A stretch of 64,000 nucleotides of DNA, taken from positions 1,184,001-1,248,000 of the forward strand of contig CAWJEN010000005.1 of the NCBI GenBank assembly GCA_963841915.1, given 5' to 3'. The translations under genes and the position numbers were made by a program. Shown piece by piece: positions 10,034 to 18,833 of the stretch. This DNA comes from an uncultured Planctomycetota bacterium (lineage in GTDB: Bacteria; Planctomycetota; Phycisphaerae; Tepidisphaerales; Tepidisphaeraceae). The notes under the pieces were generated by a model. It saw only the letters and a list, made by a program, of their open reading frames with translations, was not told where the DNA came from and made no database searches. Position 1 is the stretch's first letter; the number at the start of each line of letters is the position of its first letter.

Positions 10034-10802
10034 TATCGCGACTTCAGCAGCACTTCTTGTCACCGCGACCGCCCAGGCGGACATTGTCACCTTCGACACC
10101 GTCGACGGCTACGACCTTGGCATCAGCCTCGTCGGCCAGCCGGGCGACGGTGGACCCGACTGGGCGGGTAACGGCAGCCTCTACAGCATCGCCAGTCTTG
10201 GGGCCGGTGCTGGTGCGGCCCAATACAACACCGGCGTCACCGGCAGTGCGTTTGCCAACAACCGTTTCGTTCCTGACGCAGCGTTTCTTGGTACTGCCGA
10301 CACAAGTACCGCCGACACGATCTACAGCTTCGGGTTCGACCTTCGCTTTGACTCGATCGGGTCCGTCGACGACTTCCGCCTCGATCACCGCATCAACATC
10401 GGCGGAACGGACGGTGCCCCAATCGTGTCGTTTCAGCTGTTCGGTAACAGCCGACTGCAGTACTTCAGCGGCGCTGGCTACAGCAATGCCGTCAACATCA
10501 ACGGCAATTCGTTGAATCTCGACGACACCGGAGCCCGCTTCGTCTCCATCGACGGAGTCATCGACATCAATGACGGAACTTACGACCTCGTCGTAGACGG
10601 CGTGCCGCAGGCGACCGACATTCCGCTGGCCAACAACCCGGTGCAGTTTGGTCAGGTCACGCTTCAGTTGCGAACAGACGACGCCGGAGCACTCGGGTAC
10701 TCGCTGGACAACTTACAGATCAGCGGCACGCCCGTTCCCGAACCGACGGCCGTGGCCGTCATGGGTCTTCTCGGGCTGACGACCCTGCGGCGCCGTCACT
10801 GA
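10020..10802 (+). CDS. Secreted PEP-CTERM protein, paralogue of the N-domain of 8905..9921
   Basis: GGAGA RBS and signal peptide ending AQA. Shares FANNRF.PDAAFLGTA and HRI.IGGTDGAPIV.FQ.F.N.RLQYFSG. C-terminal VPEP...RRRH. Confidence 0.9.
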   Translation: MNRFTIATSAALLVTATAQADIVTFDTVDGYDLGISLVGQPGDGGPDWAGNGSLYSIASLGAGAGAAQYNTGVTGSAFANNRFVPDAAFLGTADTSTADTIYSFGFDLRFDSIGSVDDFRLDHRINIGGTDGAPIVSFQLFGNSRLQYFSGAGYSNAVNINGNSLNLDDTGARFVSIDGVIDINDGTYDLVVDGVPQATDIPLANNPVQFGQVTLQLRTDDAGALGYSLDNLQISGTPVPEPTAVAVMGLLGLTTLRRRH

Positions 10803-10904
10803 CTTGCCCCCGCGATCGGTCGTGGCGGAAACGCCGCGGCCGGTCATCACGAAGAGCAGCACGCGCTGCTCGTGACCGCTTTACCAATCTTGATGGAGGA
10901 AGAA

Positions 10905-11615
10905 ATGACTTTGAATCAAACAGCACTTGCCCTAGCCGTGACGACGCTTGTCGCTTCGACAGCTTCGGCTGCCGTCTTAACCGCCGTTAGAGACACTTAC
11001 GTCGACTCGGACAACGGCACGACCAACTTCGGCTCGGACGCAACGCTTGTCGTCGAGACGGGCAACAACGCAGCAGATCGATCTCGCATCACCTTCGTCA
11101 GTTTTGACATCTCGTCGGTCACGCTCCCTGTGACGTCGGCCACGCTGGACGTCTTAAAATTGTCTGGCCGCGGAGACCGAGCGACGGGCTACTTCGGCAT
11201 CACGGACGAGAGCTTCGACGGGTTCGATGAGATGAGCCTTACGTACGACAGCAACCCGCTCCTGCCGCCTGGAGCAGGTGGTGACGGACGGTCGCTGATC
11301 GGCGAAACGGACCTCGGCCTTCTGCAATCGTCCACCGCAGATCGCCGGGACGGCATCGACCTCTACACGAGTTTCGATGACACAGCCGATGGCGTCGACG
11401 AACTCGTTGACTTCATCAACAGCGACACCAACGGCATCGTCACCTTCGCGATCCACTCTGAGCAGGAGAATGGCAATGTCTTCACGTTCTTCAGCCGAGA
11501 ATCGACCGATGCCGCGGCCGTGGCACCGACGTTGACGCTGACCGTAGTTCCCGAGCCGGCTTCCGCCGCAGCGATCGGACTGCTCGGCCTCGTCGGCCTG
11601 CGTCGCCGCCGATAG
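10905..11615 (+). CDS. Secreted PEP-CTERM protein with DNRLRE/CBM96-like domain
   Basis: GGAGGA RBS and signal peptide. DTYV...TNFG...R.TFVSFDIS...VTSATL and F.SRE...P.L.L resemble the DNRLRE domain. C-terminal VPEP...RRRR. Confidence 0.8.
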   Translation: MTLNQTALALAVTTLVASTASAAVLTAVRDTYVDSDNGTTNFGSDATLVVETGNNAADRSRITFVSFDISSVTLPVTSATLDVLKLSGRGDRATGYFGITDESFDGFDEMSLTYDSNPLLPPGAGGDGRSLIGETDLGLLQSSTADRRDGIDLYTSFDDTADGVDELVDFINSDTNGIVTFAIHSEQENGNVFTFFSRESTDAAAVAPTLTLTVVPEPASAAAIGLLGLVGLRRRR

Positions 11616-11688
11616 AGCCTCGACTTTCTCCTCGGGCGGCGTGGGTGCCAACGCGCTTACGTCGCTTTCGCTCTACCTCCACACCGTT

Positions 11689-14238
11689 ATGAATCGCCTC
11701 CTCCTATCCGCTGTGACGTCCATCATGGTCGCCACGCCTGTTTTTGCCGCGACCGCTTCATTCGATCCGGCCGACGGCTACGGCGTTGGCCGCTCGCTCG
11801 CCAATCAGCCTGACGGTCAACCAAAGTGGCGCGGCAGTGGTGACCTCTTCACCGTCATCTTGATCGACAACGGCGGGGCAATTCAGTCGGCGGCAATCGA
11901 TCAGCCAAACTTCGCCAACATGCGGCTTGTGCCTGTCGGTGTCGAGGCCAAGGGCAAGGTGCCGTTCTCCTTGAAACTCCGGCCCGACGCCGCCCCGACA
12001 AGCGAAGACTTCGACGGGGCATGGTTCATCCGCATCGGGCACGTCGAAGACGGCACGAAGGGTAACGCCGTCCGTATCGGCATCTTCGACAACGGTGTCG
12101 TGCAGACGGAGAACCAAGCCGGCGGCGGCACCGTCAAGATGGTCGATGCCGACGGCAAGCAGGTCGACCTCGACGATCACAACGGCCGATTTATCCCAAT
12201 CGAAGGTGTTATCGATTTCGACACTGAAACCTACACGCTCAGTTTCGACGGCGTCGCTCAGACGTTCGACGGTAAGCCAGATTTGCCCTTCAGCGAGGCC
12301 GGTCAGAGCAGCTTCGGCACGATCTCGCTCAACAGCTGGAACAGTGACGATGCGCAGTGTCGGCAGATCACGATCGATGACCTGTCGGTCGGCGACGGCC
12401 AGGCGGCGGCGATGATGGAAGAGGCGGACGTCGTACCGGAACCCGTCGCGGCGGCGGTACCGACGGCTCGACCGCGGCCGGCGGGGGATCTGTTGCCCGA
12501 GAGCGGCATGTCGCTCTTGCCCGAGGATTCGAACGCGGCCTTTTTTGCCGGAAACTACGGGCCGGTCCAAGATCTGGCGTCGCTGGCGATCGTGAACGTG
12601 AAAGACGGCCCGGTTGATTCGGCCATCCGCGTGACCGTCGGTGTCAACACGGCACCGTCGCCCGAGCCGTGGCACGTCGAGGTCAAGACACGTCAAATAG
12701 CCCCGACGCAGGGCGGCGATGTCGCCCACCTTCGCTTCTGGGCACGGACGATCGAAAGCGCCCACGAGACGGCTGCCGCGGAATTCGACGTCTACTTCCA
12801 ACACGCCGGCCGGCCGTTCGATCCGTCCTTCGTCTACCGCGCCACGCCGACGGCGGAGTGGACGCGGTACGACGTTCCGTTTGAGGTACTGCGAACCTAC
12901 GGGGCAGGCGAAGCTGAACTCAACTTTGCGGCCGGTCTTCGCGAGCAGACGTTTGAATTGGCCGGCATCGAGCTCATCGGCTATGGCACACGTGGCGTGA
13001 CGGTGAGCGACTTGCCCCGAACTACGCAGGATTACGAAGGTCGTTCACCCGACGCACCGTGGCGGGCGGACGCCAGACAGCGGATTGTCGACCTTCGGAC
13101 CGGACCGATCCAAGTCAAGGTGATCGACGCAGAAGGTAATCCGGTGACGGATGGCGAGGTGTCGGTCCAGATGACGAAGAGCGCTTTCGAGTTCGGCAGC
13201 GCGATCTCAGGCGAAATCTGGGACGACGACAACGTAGACGGCAATCGGTATCGCAGCGAAACGCTCCGTTTGTTCAATACCGCCAGCACCGAGAACGGTC
13301 TGAAGATCCACCGCTGGTACGACCTGCAGCACCGCTACGAGACGATGACGATGCTGGCTGACCTGAAGGATGCGGGTTTTAACATTCACGGTCACGTCCT
13401 TGTGTGGCCGAGCTGGCGAAAAACGCGCATCCCGCTCGACCGGGCCCAAGCCGCCGCCGAGTCAGGTGACGTGGACATGCTGCGTTGGATGACCAACGAG
13501 TTCATCCGGGACGTCACGCTCGACACGGCTGGTTTTGTCGACGCATGGGACGTTATGAACGAGCCATGGAACAACAACGACTTCATGCAGGTCATGGGCG
13601 AGGACGAGATGGCGACGTGGTACCGGCAGGCGGACGGTTATGTGCCCGAAGCGACGCTCTACATCAACGATTTCGGCATCCTTAACGGTTCCAAGTTCAA
13701 GGAAAACGGCCACGCCCTCGAGTACCACCGCGTCATCAGCAAGCTGGTTTCCGACGAAGCGCCGCTCGATGCCATTGGTTTCCAGTCACACTTCGGCAGC
13801 CTGATTCCGATCCCGCAGGTCATCGAAACCATCGCCGCCTTCGAGCCGTTCGACAAGAAGTTCGCGATCACCGAGTTCGACGCCCGCGTCAGCGACGACG
13901 AGGCCTACGGCGACTACATGGGCGACCTCATGACGCTGGCCTACAGCCATCCGCAGTTCGAGGCGTTCATTTTGTGGGGCTTCTGGGATAAGCCGCACTG
14001 GCTCAAGAACGCGCCGCTCTACGACGAGGACTGGACACCCAAACATGGCCTGAAAGTTTGGGAAAACCTCGTGCTGGGCGAATGGAAGACGGACGAAGTC
14101 GCCGCCCTCTCCGCCGACGGTAGTGCAACCGTAGTCGGGCACCACGGCACCTACGTCATCAGCTTTGGCAACACGTCAGCGGTGGTCGAGCACACCCGCG
14201 ATGCACCGGCGACGGTGACGCTTCGCCTGCGCAACTGA
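11689..14238 (+). CDS. Secreted multidomain GH10 glycoside hydrolase (endo-1,4-beta-xylanase-like) with CBM4/9-like module
   Basis: ENGLK, HGHVLVW, WDVMNEP (acid/base), LYINDF, IGFQSHF, ITEFD (nucleophile) and WGFWD. The N-terminal domain is homologous to the upstream PEP-CTERM proteins. Confidence 0.9.
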   Translation: MNRLLLSAVTSIMVATPVFAATASFDPADGYGVGRSLANQPDGQPKWRGSGDLFTVILIDNGGAIQSAAIDQPNFANMRLVPVGVEAKGKVPFSLKLRPDAAPTSEDFDGAWFIRIGHVEDGTKGNAVRIGIFDNGVVQTENQAGGGTVKMVDADGKQVDLDDHNGRFIPIEGVIDFDTETYTLSFDGVAQTFDGKPDLPFSEAGQSSFGTISLNSWNSDDAQCRQITIDDLSVGDGQAAAMMEEADVVPEPVAAAVPTARPRPAGDLLPESGMSLLPEDSNAAFFAGNYGPVQDLASLAIVNVKDGPVDSAIRVTVGVNTAPSPEPWHVEVKTRQIAPTQGGDVAHLRFWARTIESAHETAAAEFDVYFQHAGRPFDPSFVYRATPTAEWTRYDVPFEVLRTYGAGEAELNFAAGLREQTFELAGIELIGYGTRGVTVSDLPRTTQDYEGRSPDAPWRADARQRIVDLRTGPIQVKVIDAEGNPVTDGEVSVQMTKSAFEFGSAISGEIWDDDNVDGNRYRSETLRLFNTASTENGLKIHRWYDLQHRYETMTMLADLKDAGFNIHGHVLVWPSWRKTRIPLDRAQAAAESGDVDMLRWMTNEFIRDVTLDTAGFVDAWDVMNEPWNNNDFMQVMGEDEMATWYRQADGYVPEATLYINDFGILNGSKFKENGHALEYHRVISKLVSDEAPLDAIGFQSHFGSLIPIPQVIETIAAFEPFDKKFAITEFDARVSDDEAYGDYMGDLMTLAYSHPQFEAFILWGFWDKPHWLKNAPLYDEDWTPKHGLKVWENLVLGEWKTDEVAALSADGSATVVGHHGTYVISFGNTSAVVEHTRDAPATVTLRLRN

Positions 14239-14257
14239 TCTTCGGCAACCCAAGCGG

Positions 14258-15391
14258 CTACAGGTCGAGCTGCCCGAACGGCTTGTCGGCCGGCAGCGGG
14301 GCGGGCCGGGTGTAGCCGGGCGTCATGGTGTGGAACGTGCCGCTTTGGCTGGAATCGACGAAGCCTTGCATCGCGTCGAGCACTGCGAACGACTGTTCGA
14401 GCGAGCAGCGGTGGGGGCGGCCGCTTTGGATGGCGTAGGCCATATCGGCCAGGCCGATGATGCGGCCGTAGCCGGTGACGTGGCTGTGCGGCTGTTCGTG
14501 CCACTGGTCGTCGCCGCCTTCATGCATGAGGTAGCACGGGTCGTCGAAGCCGTTGGGATCCGGCACGTTCAACGTCGCCTTCGTGCCGAAGACGGTGAAC
14601 GGTTGGATCGTCGGCGGGTTCCGCATCGCAAAGCTCTGGATGATCGATCCGACGACGCCGCTTTCAAACTCGATAGAGCCGGTGTAGTGGTCGGGCGTCG
14701 TGACGTGCATCGACTGGCCGTTCTTGGCCTCGCTCGTGATGGTGCGATCTGGAATGGCGATGCTCGTCATGCCAGCGACGCGCTTCATCGGGCCGAGCAT
14801 GTGCAGCAGGGCGGTGAGGTAATAGGGGCCCATGTCGAACATCGGTCCGCCGCCCGGCTGGTAGTAGAACTCGGGCGACGGGTGCCAGTGTTCGTGACCG
14901 CGTGAGATCATGAAGGCGGTGACGGCCGTGATCTCGCCGAGGACGCCGTCATCAATGAGCTTGCGGGCGGTCTGGTGGCCGGCGCCCAGAAAGGTGTCGG
15001 GTGCACAGCCAATACGAAGGCCGGTGGAGGTGGCCTTGTCGAACAGGCGTCTGCCTTCGTCACGATCGACGCCGAGCGGCTTCTCGAGATAGCAGTGTTT
15101 GCCGGCGTCAAGTGCCCGCTCGCTCACCTCGACGTGGGCGGCGGGAATGGTGAGATTCAGCACCATCTCGATGCCGTCGTCTGCCATCAGTTCGTCGACA
15201 CTGCACCCTTTGGAAATGCCGTGCTCCGTCGCGGCGGCCTTGGCCCGTTCGAGGTCAAGATCGGCGACCGCAACGATATCGAGCGACGGAAACAGGTCCT
15301 TCCGCGAAAGATACTGCTTCGAGATGTTGCCGGCACCAATGCATCCGACCGTCACGCGGCGGACGCCTTCTCGATGTGGAGTGTCGCTCAT
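14258..15391 (-). CDS. Gfo/Idh/MocA family oxidoreductase
   Basis: GCIGAGNIS Rossmann motif, GKHCYLEKP, GCAPDTFLGAG, GGGPMFDMGPYY. Confidence 0.92.
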   Translation of the reverse strand: MSDTPHREGVRRVTVGCIGAGNISKQYLSRKDLFPSLDIVAVADLDLERAKAAATEHGISKGCSVDELMADDGIEMVLNLTIPAAHVEVSERALDAGKHCYLEKPLGVDRDEGRRLFDKATSTGLRIGCAPDTFLGAGHQTARKLIDDGVLGEITAVTAFMISRGHEHWHPSPEFYYQPGGGPMFDMGPYYLTALLHMLGPMKRVAGMTSIAIPDRTITSEAKNGQSMHVTTPDHYTGSIEFESGVVGSIIQSFAMRNPPTIQPFTVFGTKATLNVPDPNGFDDPCYLMHEGGDDQWHEQPHSHVTGYGRIIGLADMAYAIQSGRPHRCSLEQSFAVLDAMQGFVDSSQSGTFHTMTPGYTRPAPLPADKPFGQLDL

Positions 15392-15424
15392 TACCAAAAG
15401 TAGGGGCGCTTGCGGACCGCTCGC

Positions 15425-16798
15425 TCAGGCGGCAGCGGCAGTTGTCTCGCTCACTGCAGTTTCGACTACCTCGTTGATGCGACGGATGTCTGCACCGACC
15501 GACTGCAGCTTCTGCTCGAGCTTTTCGTACCCGCGGTCGATGTGGTACACCCGATCCAGCCGCGTCTCTTCCGATGCGGCCAAACCTGCCAAGAGCAGGG
15601 CGGCACTGGCCCGGAGGTCGCTGCACATCACGGTCGCTCCCTGCAGTGTTCCCACGCCACGGATAAGGGCTGTAGGGCCTTCCTTGATAACGTTCGAGCC
15701 GAGCCGATTGAGCTCGGCAACGTGCAGGAACCGTTCGGGATAAATCCGCTCGGTGATGACGCTTGCTCCATTGGCCAAGCACATGGCAGCCATGAGCTGG
15801 GCCTGCAAGTCGGTCGGGAAGCCGGGGTATGGCTGTGTCGTAACTTCAATTGGCGAAAGGCCGTTCGGCGCGTCGGCAACGAGGTGGCCGGTCTCGGGGC
15901 AGTCGACGATGCGAATGCCGCACTGCTCGTATGCGTCGATGACGGCGATGAGGTGGTCGCGTCGGGCGTTGCGGAGGGCGAGCCTACCACCCGTCATGGC
16001 AGCGGCGAGGATGAACGTGCCGGCCTCAATGCGGTCGGGGATGACCGTGTGCGACGTGCCGGTGAGCATCGTCACGCCCTCGATCTTGATCTCCGGCGTA
16101 CCGCCGCCGGTGATGCGCGCGCCCATGGCGTTGAGCAGCTTGGCACAGTCTGCGACTTCCGGCTCACAGGCGGCGCCGACAATGGTCGTCGTGCCACGGG
16201 CCAACGCAGCGGCGCACATGACGTTGATGGTGCCCAGCACGGTGGGCCCGCGCCCGCCGCCGAGATAGAGCGTTGTGCCCTTGAGACCTTCCGGCGGAAC
16301 GGTGCCGACGATGTACCCACCCTCGAGGGTGAAGGTCGCTCCGAGCTTCTCGAGGCCGCGTAGGTGCAGGTCGATCGGGCGATCACCGATTGCGCAGCCG
16401 CCGGGGGCACTGAAGACGACCCTGCCGCGACGGGCGAGCATCGGGCCCAGCACGCAGACACTGGCGCGCATGGTCTTGACAAGGTCGTAGCTGCACGAGA
16501 GCTTGGTGTCGTCCTCCACTTCGATCTCGAGCGGCCCGTTGAGGGCGGGCCTGCCGGTGAAGTCGACGACGTCAGTCCCGGCGAGGGAGGCGGGTTGCTG
16601 GCGGTCGACGCGGAGGCCGAGCGAGCGGAGCAGCTTGACCATCGACGAGATGTCGCTGAGCCGCGGGACGCCGTGCAGGGTCGTGGTGCCCTCTGCCATG
16701 AGACAGGCGGCGAGGATCGGGAGCGACGCGTTCTTGCTGCCGCTGATGTCGACGGTGCCGACCAGCGGCTTACCGCCGCGAATAAGGAGCGAATCCAT
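15425..16798 (-). CDS. murA: UDP-N-acetylglucosamine 1-carboxyvinyltransferase
   Basis: ISGSKNASLP, MRAS, PGGCAIGDRPIDLH (active-site Cys), PDRIEAGT, PYPGFPTDLQAQ, DLRA, HIDRGYE. Confidence 0.97.
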   Translation of the reverse strand: MDSLLIRGGKPLVGTVDISGSKNASLPILAACLMAEGTTTLHGVPRLSDISSMVKLLRSLGLRVDRQQPASLAGTDVVDFTGRPALNGPLEIEVEDDTKLSCSYDLVKTMRASVCVLGPMLARRGRVVFSAPGGCAIGDRPIDLHLRGLEKLGATFTLEGGYIVGTVPPEGLKGTTLYLGGGRGPTVLGTINVMCAAALARGTTTIVGAACEPEVADCAKLLNAMGARITGGGTPEIKIEGVTMLTGTSHTVIPDRIEAGTFILAAAMTGGRLALRNARRDHLIAVIDAYEQCGIRIVDCPETGHLVADAPNGLSPIEVTTQPYPGFPTDLQAQLMAAMCLANGASVITERIYPERFLHVAELNRLGSNVIKEGPTALIRGVGTLQGATVMCSDLRASAALLLAGLAASEETRLDRVYHIDRGYEKLEQKLQSVGADIRRINEVVETAVSETTAAAA

Positions 16799-17099
16799 GC
16801 CGAGTGCCTTCCGTGGCTGAGGGCGAAAGTGACCTGCCTTCCGCCGATCCGTCGGCGGGGCACCGGTCTATCCATCGGCCCGCGACGTCCTGCCGCGACA
16901 ACCGATGTCTGGTGCAACGTCCAATATGGCGAATCGGCCTCAAGGTGCAACCGCGACATTCTTTCGCGACTCCGCGCCCGCACTTTCACCCGAACAATCC
17001 ACAGAGCAGGCGCGTCCCAACGTCCGGTAGCCGCCGTAGCGACGTTCCTGCGTCAGCGACGTGCCGGAACTCAATGGCACCTGTCTAAACTGTGATCCC

Positions 17100-18791
17100 G
17101 TGACGAAGCGAATTGCCTTACTTGAAACGCTCGAGTGTCGACGCCTGCTGTCGGCTCAGACCTTTGCAGAAACAAGCGCTTTGGCCGCCACCGCCGATCG
17201 CAGCGTTGCTGGTGGATTCAACGCCACCATCAACTTCCAGCCCGCAGGCCTCGGCAGTGTCGACAACACCAGGGCCGACTTCGGACGCCTCTATGGTCAG
17301 CGGGGCAACGGCCTGTCGTACGGCTGGAACCGCGACCTCGAAGCCGACGGCGACATGATCGACCGCGACTCGACCCGCGATCTCTACAGCCTTACCGAGT
17401 CGGCCGCCGTCGGCAACGGTCCCGCCGGTGAGCTGCAGACTGTTGACGAGCGCTACGACACGCTGGCCCAGGTCGAAGTCGGCGACGCCTGGTCGATCGA
17501 CGTTCCCGACGACAGGCTCTACGCGCTTGCGGTTGTGGTCGGTGATCCTGATTTTGCCCCGGGCGTCGGCTTTGCCAACCGCACCGTCATTTCGGTGAAC
17601 GACGAGCTCTTCATCGAAGGCGAGTCCAAACGCTACTGGCCCTACGCGGAGGCGACAGGTTACGTCGAGCCAGGGACCGACGGCCGCATCACGCTAAATG
17701 TCGTTCCGAACTCTTTGGGCGGCAGCATCTTGTGGGTGCGCGTGGCGGAGGTCGAAGCGTTTCCGACGTACGACGCAGGTGAGTCGATCGACTGGACGCA
17801 GCTGACGACGGCCGAGGCTCTTGCGGCGGATGTGCCGAACTCACCGGTGCCGCGTGCCGAAGGTGGTGGCGGCGTCGTGGGTGATGAGCTTGTTCTCATC
17901 GGTGGCTTCGAGCAGCGGTACGTCGACACCTACAAGCGGGTCGACATCGTCAACCTGGAGACAGGCGACACGCGTTCGGGCACAGAAATCCCCGAAACGG
18001 CTGCCGACACGCACGCGGCAGAGGTGGTCGACGAAACCCGCGGCGTCATTCACTGGATCGCCGGCACCATCGGCAACGAAAGCGGGCTTGACTACGACCA
18101 CATCACCGACACCGCCTGGACCTTCGACCCGGACGGCGGAACAGACGGTGCGGGCTCCTGGACGCAACTTCCAGACCTGCCGGCCGAGCGAGCCGGCGCG
18201 GCGGCCATCGTCGTCGGCGACGCGTTGCACGTCCTGGGCGGAAGCGACGACACTGGCGTGCTGGCCCAGAACGAGCACTGGATGCTCGACCTGACCGACA
18301 CGACAGCCGACTGGCAGATCATGCCACCTCTGCCGTTCGGCGTGGTACACACGCGGGTCGAGGTGCTGCCGACCGCCGCCGAGTTCGGCGGGCCGCTCCT
18401 CGTCGTCACCGGCGGCGAGTACGACCACGGCCTGGGCTACTCGACGGTGCGCCACACGCAGCTCTACGACGTCGAGCAGGCCAGCTGGACGCTCGGCCAG
18501 CCATCGCCGCAGGATTACAGCCATAACACCAGCCTCGTCATCGATGGTGACGTCTGGGTGGTCGGTGGTCAGAGCAAGGCCAACGAAGTCGCAGGCGGTG
18601 TCTTCAGCTACGACGCGGCTGACGATGTCTGGGTGACGCACACGAACATGCCGCAGGATCGCAAGATCGGCGTGCCGTTCTTCGACGAAGAAGACGACCG
18701 AATTGTTTATATCGCAGGTGACACACGAAACGAAGGCTTCGTCGACGGCGTGTTGCTGGGCGTGATCGACTTCCCGGCCGCGGCGGCGTGA
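17100..18791 (+). CDS. Extracellular Kelch-repeat protein with planctomycete LE-x-R-x-LL N-terminal motif
   Basis: ETLECRRLLSA, then an INFQP...YGQRGNGLSYGW domain, then repeated Kelch-type blades (LIGG, VLGG, VTGG, VVGG with downstream W). Confidence 0.75.
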   Translation: MTKRIALLETLECRRLLSAQTFAETSALAATADRSVAGGFNATINFQPAGLGSVDNTRADFGRLYGQRGNGLSYGWNRDLEADGDMIDRDSTRDLYSLTESAAVGNGPAGELQTVDERYDTLAQVEVGDAWSIDVPDDRLYALAVVVGDPDFAPGVGFANRTVISVNDELFIEGESKRYWPYAEATGYVEPGTDGRITLNVVPNSLGGSILWVRVAEVEAFPTYDAGESIDWTQLTTAEALAADVPNSPVPRAEGGGGVVGDELVLIGGFEQRYVDTYKRVDIVNLETGDTRSGTEIPETAADTHAAEVVDETRGVIHWIAGTIGNESGLDYDHITDTAWTFDPDGGTDGAGSWTQLPDLPAERAGAAAIVVGDALHVLGGSDDTGVLAQNEHWMLDLTDTTADWQIMPPLPFGVVHTRVEVLPTAAEFGGPLLVVTGGEYDHGLGYSTVRHTQLYDVEQASWTLGQPSPQDYSHNTSLVIDGDVWVVGGQSKANEVAGGVFSYDAADDVWVTHTNMPQDRKIGVPFFDEEDDRIVYIAGDTRNEGFVDGVLLGVIDFPAAAA

Positions 18792-18833
18792 GGCGGTTTG
18801 GCCATCAGGCGATGAGTCTCGTAGGGTATTGGC

